The position numbers and the translations under genes were made by a program. Source: TPA_inf: Saccharomyces (taxonomy: Eukaryota). Taken from it: a stretch of DNA of 64,000 bases. Location: the NCBI GenBank assembly GCA_000146045.2, contig BK006943.2, forward strand, positions 672,001 to 736,000, written 5' to 3'. Of the stretch, positions 55,405 to 64,000 are shown in pieces; the first letter of the stretch is position 1, and every line of letters starts with the position of its first letter. Under the pieces are notes generated by a model. The model saw only the letters and a list, made by a program, of their open reading frames with translations. It was not told the origin of the DNA and did no database searches.

Positions 55405-56271
55405 ATGGCATCAAGAAAACTGCGTGACCAGATTGTAATTGCCACTAAATTTACCACGGATTATAAGGGGTATGATGTAGGCAAGGGGAAGAGTGCCAAT
55501 TTCTGTGGGAATCACAAGCGCAGTTTGCATGTAAGTGTGAGAGATTCCCTTCGTAAGTTGCAAACTGATTGGATTGATATTCTTTACGTTCACTGGTGGG
55601 ATTATATGAGCTCCATTGAGGAAGTTATGGATAGTTTGCACATTCTTGTGCAGCAGGGCAAAGTACTCTATCTAGGTGTGTCTGATACTCCTGCCTGGGT
55701 TGTTTCTGCAGCAAATTACTACGCCACATCTCATGGTAAAACTCCCTTTAGTATCTATCAAGGTAAATGGAATGTATTGAACAGGGACTTTGAACGTGAT
55801 ATCATTCCAATGGCTAGGCATTTTGGTATGGCTCTTGCTCCATGGGATGTTATGGGAGGCGGGAGATTTCAGAGTAAAAAGGCAGTGGAAGAGCGGAAGA
55901 AGAAAGGAGAAGGCTTGCGTACCTTTTTTGGTACTTCGGAACAGACGGATATGGAGGTTAAAATCAGCGAAGCATTGTTAAAAGTTGCGGAAGAACATGG
56001 CACTGAGTCTGTCACTGCTATTGCCATAGCTTATGTTCGGTCTAAAGCGAAACATGTTTTCCCATTAGTGGGAGGAAGAAAGATCGAACATCTCAAACAG
56101 AACATTGAGGCTTTGAGCATTAAATTAACACCAGAACAAATAAAGTACTTAGAAAGTATTGTTCCTTTTGATGTCGGATTTCCCACTAATTTTATTGGAG
56201 ATGACCCAGCTGTTACCAAGAAACCTTCATTTCTCACCGAAATGTCTGCCAAGATTAGCTTCGAAGATTAG
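55405..56271 (+). CDS. AAD10: Aryl-alcohol dehydrogenase family member (aldo-keto reductase), annotated as the truncated 288-aa product
   Basis: [16 protein letters not shown]... is an AKR fold, and 288 aa corresponds to YJR155W. The full-length paralogs are about 363-376 aa. Confidence 0.88.
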   Translation: MASRKLRDQIVIATKFTTDYKGYDVGKGKSANFCGNHKRSLHVSVRDSLRKLQTDWIDILYVHWWDYMSSIEEVMDSLHILVQQGKVLYLGVSDTPAWVVSAANYYATSHGKTPFSIYQGKWNVLNRDFERDIIPMARHFGMALAPWDVMGGGRFQSKKAVEERKKKGEGLRTFFGTSEQTDMEVKISEALLKVAEEHGTESVTAIAIAYVRSKAKHVFPLVGGRKIEHLKQNIEALSIKLTPEQIKYLESIVPFDVGFPTNFIGDDPAVTKKPSFLTEMSAKISFED

Positions 56272-56573
56272 TCAAATCAATAGTTTTAGTATGTTCATAA
56301 TGTGAAAAATGTTTATATATACGCTTACACACACAGTTTGATGATTCAAATACTTAGAGAAAACTTTGCCGCTCATGCATTTGCAGGCATCTTTTATTGT
56401 GTTGATTTTGCGAGGAAATAAAGTGTTAAGATAAAGGGAGTTCATTTAAAGCTTGTATACATGCTCTGATACATAAATATGTATGTCTATATATCGAGTA
56501 GGAAACAACAGCTAATGTGAAATCATAAACAAGTCGTAGAGGAAGGCTGGGCTGAACGAGTGACGAAGCACGT

Positions 56574-57596
56574 TTAAGCTGGAAGAGCCAATCTCTTGAA
56601 AGTACCTTCCTGTCTGCATTTTTCTTGATGAATAGCCATCAATCTTTGAGCTTCCAAAGGATCAGAAACCTCTTCTGGTTCTGGCCAGGACAAGTATTCA
56701 TTAGTGTAGTTCGAGACATAGTCTGGTGGCAGAATGGCTAATCTCTTACCGTAACCGGTAACCTTCTTCCAGTCACGGTGAACATTGTACAAAGATGAAG
56801 AGAAGTAAGCGTAACATCTTTGGTATTGCTTGTATGATAGATCGTTGTTCAATTGAGGCTTGAAGTCGATGTATTCTTTCCAAGCCTTCACAGGGTCGGC
56901 TAGAACGTAGTCGGTTGCCTTCTTGATGGCTTTCAAGAACTTTCTGACCTTTTCAGGGTTTTTCTTCAAAAATTCATCGTTGCAGATGTAAAGAACGGTA
57001 CAGAAACAACAGCAACCCAAGCAAGCCAACTTGTCAATTCTCAACATTTTAGCATCAGAAGCTGGTCTGCCTTGCTTGGCCAAGTACTCTTCCAATTCGA
57101 CTTGTTGCATACATTCGATACCAATACCAGCATCAATCTTATCTTCGATGATGTACTTGGCGACATTCATACCACATCTGACAGCAGTGTAGTCTTCTGG
57201 CTTCATACCGTAGTGCTTGGTCAATTCATCGATTTGGATCTTACCGAATTCACCAACGTAACCGATCTTCTTACCCTTTAGGGACTGGAAGTCTTCAGTG
57301 ATACCACTGCCCTTTAAGTACAAGACACCGGTGAATGGTTCGTCCAACAAAGAGGCAACAGAGGTCACTGGGAAACCACGGGCCTTGGCAGCCAAGGTGT
57401 GGATCATGGCTTTCAAACCCATGTCGACCTTACCAGATCCAATTAACTCAGTGACATCCGAAGGATTGGTTGGTTCTAGGATGGCAATGTCTAGACCTTG
57501 CTCCTTGAAGTAACCTTTGGTTTGAGCCAAGAAAATTGGAATATGGTATGGGGTTGGTTGCCAGTTCAACAAAAATGTGATCTTGTCTGTAGACAT
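56574..57596 (-). CDS. THI11: HMP-P synthase of the thiamine pathway (THI5 family), 340 aa
   Basis: Starts [30 protein letters not shown] and carries the CCCF motif. The track ORF extends 25 codons upstream to 57671. A TATA (reverse complement of 57632-57645) lies between the two ATGs, which favours the ATG at 57596. Confidence 0.9.
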   Translation of the reverse strand: MSTDKITFLLNWQPTPYHIPIFLAQTKGYFKEQGLDIAILEPTNPSDVTELIGSGKVDMGLKAMIHTLAAKARGFPVTSVASLLDEPFTGVLYLKGSGITEDFQSLKGKKIGYVGEFGKIQIDELTKHYGMKPEDYTAVRCGMNVAKYIIEDKIDAGIGIECMQQVELEEYLAKQGRPASDAKMLRIDKLACLGCCCFCTVLYICNDEFLKKNPEKVRKFLKAIKKATDYVLADPVKAWKEYIDFKPQLNNDLSYKQYQRCYAYFSSSLYNVHRDWKKVTGYGKRLAILPPDYVSNYTNEYLSWPEPEEVSDPLEAQRLMAIHQEKCRQEGTFKRLALPA

Positions 57597-58514
57597 AGCT
57601 TGGAAGTATGTGTATTGTTGTTGTGGTATTTTTATATAATTGAAAAGGTAAAAGAACGAAAGAATGGACAAGAATATTGTTCATGAAGATGATAATACGA
57701 GGTTTTTATATGTTTTGTTTGCTGTCGTCACAAGAGATTGATGTTGCTTATTTTGCTATAACAGCACCATTTTACATAACCTGGATAAGTAATATTTCAA
57801 GCCTTCTGCTAGTTGAATAATTCGTATATTTCATAGTTCATAAGCCATCCAATTCGAATTGAGCTCATTGCATCATAGCCAAAAATCGATAAATGCATTA
57901 ACGCTGTTACCTCCAGGTGATTGCTGTCTTTATGCATTAACGCGCCAATCTTATTCCCTTAAAACATTACGCCGGCAAAACGCTTAATCGCATATCCCAG
58001 TTGGCCCGAAAGAGAATGCACATATACAAATATATATGTAAAGGGAAATACCTTGTGACTACACCTATGCCTAAGTTTCAGTATCTGAACTAGGATAATT
58101 TCGATTATAACTCTAACATTTTTTACGTTTTCTCCATATTTCGAATTGTTCCTTCTTCAATCAAAATAATAAAAAAAAAAAATCACAAAAATGACTATAG
58201 TATTTTGAGCCCAACATGACTGCGAAATTGCTATTAACAATGATTAGTCAGTAGTATTGAATAACTTAGAATTTAAAACTACCTTATACAAGATGGGCAT
58301 ATAAAGGACATGCCAAATGGACATATTAAATACGCTCGATGTACCAGAACATCCAGGAACTTACCATAGAAAAATATGTAACGACTTATAAACTTTAAAT
58401 AAATTAGAGATTCAATGAATCTCTAATTTTTTCCGCCCGCCTATTGAACTTTTACTTTGTCATTAATCTATTCTGAAATAGGTACAGAGCGACGCCAGTG
58501 TAAACATATGTGTG

Positions 58515-58877
58515 ATGGACATCAGCATTCAATGTATATCTTATCACACCAGTTTATCCAAAGATAGATGCAGTTTTGAAATTGGTTACTTAGAATATTT
58601 CTACTACATTTCGATAACAAATATAACTATTTTGAATTTAAAAGTTGAGTATCCAAAAATTTTAGAAATACATACAATTACTTCCCAATTACTTCCCAAA
58701 TATTCTCCCCCCTGGTTTGATATCATAAAAGCACCTTATGGCAACAAGATTCCCGGGATAGTAATGCTATTTAAATGTATATCTATTTCTCGAATACTTG
58801 TATCTTTACTCCACTACCCCTATGCAAGAAGATACGCGATAGTTTTTGTTCCTTCCTCTTCCTACTCTGTTAATTAA
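58515..58877 (+). CDS. Dubious 120-aa ORF (YJR157W position) with no domain, probably non-coding
   Basis: First ATG at 58515; the track ORF begins at GTG 58512. The sequence is AT-rich and low-complexity. Confidence 0.2.
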   Translation: MDISIQCISYHTSLSKDRCSFEIGYLEYFYYISITNITILNLKVEYPKILEIHTITSQLLPKYSPPWFDIIKAPYGNKIPGIVMLFKCISISRILVSLLHYPYARRYAIVFVPSSSYSVN

Positions 58878-60439
58878 CTGAAAATTATTTATATTGAAAA
58901 GGTACTTGTAGCAAATTAGACAAGGAATTCTCCTGGTATAAAGTTAGAGAAACAGAAATATGAAACGGCCACCCCAGGTATGAAATATTATCTTAAGAAG
59001 AGCCATGAACACACATGAATAGATTCTTGAGACATGCTTAGGGTAACAAAGACTGTAACGCCTTGTTGCAATACTGCTTTATTCAAATTTTTAAATTGTA
59101 CGGAATTGTGGTAAGGAGAATGTGCAAATAACTTAGCATGAAACGGTGCTATAGTTGAATCATTGTATGAGGTAACATCACTTCAACGAAAAGAAGAATA
59201 AAATTGACCTGCACATGGAGAAAGCGTAATATATAAAAAATGTTTACAATTTTGGCGCACTATATGGGAGAACAGCTGCTGGATAATATTATGCCCTTAC
59301 TTCATTTCACCATATCCGTTTACAGTTCAAATCTCGCCGTCGAGCCATAAATTCTCAAAATTCCTTTGCAAATATTTTGCTTACCTGTAACCGGCAGCTT
59401 ACATTCTTCCGTCATAATTTCTCAGACGGATGACATAAACCATTTTTTCAGAATCCTCGATAACATAATCGATCAAAACAGTAATAAACATTCTCTTGCA
59501 CAAAATGGACTTTGGCAGCAAATCCTGAAATATTGTGGAGTATTGCCAGAGGTAAAAGCAACGTTGAACAAATTATGACACTAGACCTCTTAGGCATAAA
59601 GATGACATCATCTAGGTACTCGTAAAGATCCTAACCACAGATTCCACCTTAAAAGACGACAATAGTAACTTTGTCCTTGATCTGGGTTACTAAATCAGCG
59701 ATATGATCATTAAAGTGAATATCCCCTTCTTAAAATGTACCAAATATCTTATACGTTTGCAGTTTTTCTTTTCCTTTTTCTTTATTTCTTTGGTAAGGAC
59801 TAGGTAATTATTTCCGTATTTGGCTCCTTTGGCGCTTAAAAAATCTTGTACGCAAATTTCCACAAGATATTGCGTGACAATTACTATTACTGAAGTTGAA
59901 CTTGTTTCATGTCTCCGCCTGTGTTAACTCCGTTTTGCTTAACTCCGTCTCGTATTACAGTAAATTCATGATGTGCCTATGAATATGCAGCTAGCCTGCT
60001 GCAGGCAAAATTATTTTTAGCTTTGTGCGCTACAGTGGTAGTAACTTAAAACTTAAAAGCTAAAATGCAAAAACAGTAGAGTGCGGGGTATGCTTTTCTT
60101 TTGAACGTGCACTGCGCAGAGGCACAATTTAGCAAAGAAGTCAGGCAAGGTAGATGATGTAAACAAACGAGGACTTGTACTGCGCATCTTGAACCTTTCA
60201 ATATCATAAGTGCAATCAGCTAAAGGTTTGATTTTCCGAATGCTCTGCAAAAAAGTTAAACATGGTTATATAACTCAAGTATGATAACTCCAGTGTTGGC
60301 CTGTAATCACCAACTTTCAAACGTATAAAGAAAGTAAGTAATTCATTGTTTGCTTCAGGTTTAGTCTTATTACTATCCATAGAAGTAAAACTATTGATAT
60401 TATTGACAGAAAAGGAGGAAAGGAAACTAAAGGAAAAAA

Positions 60440-62143
60440 ATGGCAAGCGAACAGTCCTCACCAGAAATTAATGCAGATAATCTAAACAGTAGTGCAGCTG
60501 ACGTTCATGTACAGCCACCCGGAGAGAAAGAATGGTCAGACGGGTTTTATGACAAAGAAGTCATTAATGGAAATACGCCAGACGCACCGAAGAGAGGCTT
60601 TTTAGGTTACCTTATTATCTACTTACTATGCTATCCTGTATCCTTTGGCGGTTTTTTACCTGGTTGGGATAGTGGTATTACTGCAGGCTTCATCAATATG
60701 GATAACTTTAAAATGAATTTTGGTTCTTACAAGCACAGTACTGGTGAGTATTATTTGAGCAACGTGCGTATGGGTCTTCTCGTGGCCATGTTCAGTGTAG
60801 GATGTTCCATTGGCGGTGTTGCTTTTGCGAGACTTGCTGATACTTTAGGTAGAAGGCTAGCAATTGTAATCGTGGTTTTGGTATATATGGTTGGTGCAAT
60901 TATTCAGATCAGTTCGAATCACAAATGGTACCAATACTTTGTCGGTAAGATCATCTACGGTCTTGGTGCTGGTGGCTGTTCGGTGTTGTGTCCAATGCTT
61001 TTATCTGAAATAGCCCCCACAGATTTGAGAGGTGGACTTGTCTCATTGTACCAACTTAACATGACCTTCGGTATTTTCTTGGGTTATTGTAGCGTTTATG
61101 GAACAAGGAAGTATAGTAATACTGCGCAATGGAGGATTCCTGTGGGACTATGCTTTCTGTGGGCTCTAATTATCATCGTTGGCATGTTATTAGTTCCAGA
61201 GTCCCCAAGATATCTGATTGAATGTGAGAGACATGAAGAGGCCTGTGTCTCCATCGCCAAGATCGACAAGGTTTCACCAGAGGATCCATGGGTACTCAAA
61301 CAGGCTGATGAAATCAACGCCGGTGTCCTTGCCCAAAGAGAACTAGGGGAAGCCTCATGGAAAGAACTTTTCTCCGTCAAAACAAAAGTCCTTCAACGTT
61401 TGATCACAGGTATTCTTGTGCAAACCTTTTTGCAACTTACTGGTGAAAACTACTTCTTCTTCTACGGAACTACCATTTTCAAATCAGTTGGGCTTACTGA
61501 TGGGTTTGAGACTTCGATCGTCCTAGGTACAGTGAATTTCTTCTCCACTATTATTGCTGTTATGGTCGTAGACAAAATAGGCCGTCGTAAATGTCTGTTA
61601 TTCGGAGCGGCTTCAATGATGGCTTGTATGGTCATATTTGCAAGTATCGGGGTAAAATGTCTTTACCCTCATGGCCAGGATGGTCCATCCTCGAAAGGTG
61701 CAGGTAATGCCATGATTGTGTTCACATGCTTCTATATATTCTGCTTTGCAACGACATGGGCCCCTGTTGCTTATATTGTGGTTGCCGAGTCATTCCCTTC
61801 GAAGGTCAAATCTAAAGCAATGTCAATTTCGACTGCATTCAACTGGTTATGGCAATTCTTGATTGGTTTTTTCACACCATTCATTACTGGGTCTATCCAC
61901 TTCTATTATGGTTATGTGTTCGTAGGTTGTTTGGTTGCTATGTTTTTGTACGTTTTCTTCTTTTTACCAGAAACAATTGGTCTATCTTTGGAGGAAACCC
62001 AGTTACTATATGAAGAAGGTATAAAACCATGGAAATCTGCATCTTGGGTACCACCCTCAAGGAGAGGAGCTTCTTCCAGGGAAACTGAGGCTAAGAAGAA
62101 AAGCTGGAAAGAAGTTTTGAAGTTCCCAAAGAGTTTTAATTGA
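60440..62143 (+). CDS. HXT16: Hexose transporter, MFS sugar-porter family, 567 aa
   Basis: 12 TM, with PESPRYL and related sugar-porter signatures, 567 aa. It follows THI11 as in the chrX/chrIV-L subtelomeric blocks. Confidence 0.9.
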   Translation: MASEQSSPEINADNLNSSAADVHVQPPGEKEWSDGFYDKEVINGNTPDAPKRGFLGYLIIYLLCYPVSFGGFLPGWDSGITAGFINMDNFKMNFGSYKHSTGEYYLSNVRMGLLVAMFSVGCSIGGVAFARLADTLGRRLAIVIVVLVYMVGAIIQISSNHKWYQYFVGKIIYGLGAGGCSVLCPMLLSEIAPTDLRGGLVSLYQLNMTFGIFLGYCSVYGTRKYSNTAQWRIPVGLCFLWALIIIVGMLLVPESPRYLIECERHEEACVSIAKIDKVSPEDPWVLKQADEINAGVLAQRELGEASWKELFSVKTKVLQRLITGILVQTFLQLTGENYFFFYGTTIFKSVGLTDGFETSIVLGTVNFFSTIIAVMVVDKIGRRKCLLFGAASMMACMVIFASIGVKCLYPHGQDGPSSKGAGNAMIVFTCFYIFCFATTWAPVAYIVVAESFPSKVKSKAMSISTAFNWLWQFLIGFFTPFITGSIHFYYGYVFVGCLVAMFLYVFFFLPETIGLSLEETQLLYEEGIKPWKSASWVPPSRRGASSRETEAKKKSWKEVLKFPKSFN

Positions 62144-64000
62144 TCAATATGCGCGCTTGATAAACATGCTAAGAGATAAATTCTTGAAAAAAAATAGGGC
62201 CTACTGTAAAACGAAGTGACACGTAATTTCAAATTTAATCAACAAAAAACTACGAGTTTCTTTGCAAACTCCCTTTTTCGGACTACTAGTACTATATAAA
62301 ATAACGAGTTATTTAGTGAAAGAAAGCGTTTGGTTAAGGCAACATTGTACGAAGTTCTGTTTCTTTAAGGCAAAGCAGAGTATAAAAAGTAGGATGCTTA
62401 TGGAGTGAAAACGGAGTGGTGATGAAGATGGGGAAGTCAACATAGGTCCACTTGAGTGCTTATGGAAGATCCTTAAAAATGCATTTCCAGGAACGTAACA
62501 CTGTACCATTCCTCTAAATAAAGTGTATACAATAATATAGAAATATAGATTCTTCCCAAATATTCAGTTGTTACTATAAAGGGAATATTTGAGCTCGTTA
62601 TTAGCGTGGCCGCACAAACAACCATCATATTAGAAGAGATAACTTTGTTTCAACTCGGGGGGGCAAACTTTCTCATGCTTCGTTAACTTGGCAAATACAA
62701 CAAGCATACTTTTTGCGGTGAAAACATTTTGAGGCATGTTTCCACACAACATAATAGCGAATGGAGTAAGATTTTTTTTGTAGTACAGTAAAAAGACCTC
62801 ATATAGGTACCCGTACAAAGTCTCTGACCTCTCTGGGTGACCTGGGTCATTAGTAGTTCAAGGAGCATCTGCCACTAAAAGATTTGTGACCTAACTGTGG
62901 TAGTAACCGTTAAAGACACGGTATTGAAACAATGGGTTCAAAACAGTCGAGGGTTTTAGCATTTAAGTCGGCATATGTCCATTTCTATCCTTTTTCCAAG
63001 TCTATTGAGTTTCTTTATCTTTTTACTTATTTCCTTTTTGAAAGGTCTTACGACAAAGTTCAAAGCTTGATGAATTGTCTATTACTTTATTTGCTAAATT
63101 GAAACTCTGGATGAGTACCAATTCTTCTTTTCATTTTGCGATAATTGACATTATGATTTTTCAACTAATTAACATGATATTGTACATAATTTTTTAATAT
63201 CAAAGCGCTACGTCCACTGAAACTATAGAACCGTTCATCTGTCGAATCAACATCTCTACAATTAGTACGAAAGCTTAGTTTATCAATTTTTTGTGAAAAC
63301 TTTGACTAATGACGTATTATTGTGGTGTGCATTACGACCAAAAGGCGGGCTAACAATTCCAAGGAAAAAAGCTGGTGTAAACCTGACTGTTTGCCACGGC
63401 TTTTCTTACTACTAAATCGGTAGCAGGCATGAAGGAATCGTGAATGGTGTGACCTGAGACAAGGAGAGGCAGGCATGAAGGCAAACAAATTACGGGGGAA
63501 GGCACAGGAGATACCCCCACTAAAGATTACCCCACAATCCCTTATTTTCTCGAGCTCCCTGCAGGAGAGTAAGTTTTAGGCACATATAGGTGCAGAAAAT
63601 AAAGTTTTCGCGGACAGCTACTGCCGAGTGGCAAAATCTATGTTGAAGTTGGAAAGTTACGCCTAGCTTCAGGAACCATCGGGCTTGGTTGGGGTGAATA
63701 ATGAAGGAACTTCGTTCAGAAAACTGTTGTCTTTACCAAGCACTTTAATGCTTTCTTCCTCTTCAACAGTTAAGGTTCATCATATTCTATTATCTCCGGT
63801 CTCGTATCTCCTTTCTCCGGTCACATGAAGCCTCTGTATCACCTTGCTAACCGCATTTCTTCCATCTAAAGTATGTTCATTGCCATAAGTTGCTTACTCT
63901 CTCTTTAATATATAGAAAAAAATTCGACATATAAAAGGCTCAATGTCTTACCGTTCATCTTTATGAAGAGATATAGTATAAGTGGAAAAAAGAAACATCA

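Overview
This window reads as Saccharomyces cerevisiae nuclear DNA from the right arm of chromosome X. The gene order matches my memory of the S288C block YJR132W (NMD5 3' end) through YJR158W (HXT16). If I recall correctly that DAL5 starts near 719.67 kb, the window is roughly chrX:672,001-736,000, but that offset is from memory and unverified. I could place 27 protein-coding genes, almost all by recognising the translated products and the synteny. They are NMD5 (partial), XPT1, SGM1, MCM22, TIM8, TTI2, MET5, IML1, HOM6, HIR3, IPA1, YJR142W, PMT4, MGM101, RPS4A (spliced, with a 14-nt first exon), YJR146W, HMS2, BAT2, YJR149W, DAN1, DAN4, DAL5, PGU1, YJR154W, AAD10, THI11 and HXT16. YJR157W is also present but is a dubious ORF. 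The ORF track evidently allows TTG/GTG starts, so I re-anchored several genes on their first ATG (XPT1, MET5, IPA1, YJR142W, THI11, YJR157W). The window has two halves. Positions 1-36.4 kb are compact housekeeping genes with 150-350 bp intergenic spacers. Positions 36.8-64 kb are subtelomere-proximal and gene-sparse, with 1.5-3.9 kb spacers, and carry condition-specific genes. These are the anaerobic cell-wall mannoproteins DAN1 and DAN4, the NCR-controlled allantoate permease DAL5, the sole polygalacturonase PGU1, and an AAD-THI5-HXT block paralogous to other subtelomeres. I found no tRNA genes, Ty LTRs or CRISPR-like arrays, and nothing resembling a prokaryotic defence or other undescribed system. 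The observations worth a second look are listed here.
- An in-frame TAG splits AAD10 into an 80-codon N-terminal fragment plus the annotated 288-aa ORF.
- The DAN1 and DAN4 promoters share a duplicated ~150-bp module carrying AR1 (TCGTTYAG) and SRE (TCGTATA) motifs.
- DAN4 carries three separate in-frame tandem-repeat arrays with periods of 27, 72 and 264 nt.
- The DAN4-DAL5 spacer is 3.9 kb with GATAA clusters and may hold unannotated transcripts.
- An FRE-like Tec1/Ste12 composite site lies upstream of PGU1.
- CACGTGA Cbf1-type palindromes sit in the MET5 promoter and two further places.
- There are several microsatellites.
All motif calls are by eye and should be re-scanned computationally.
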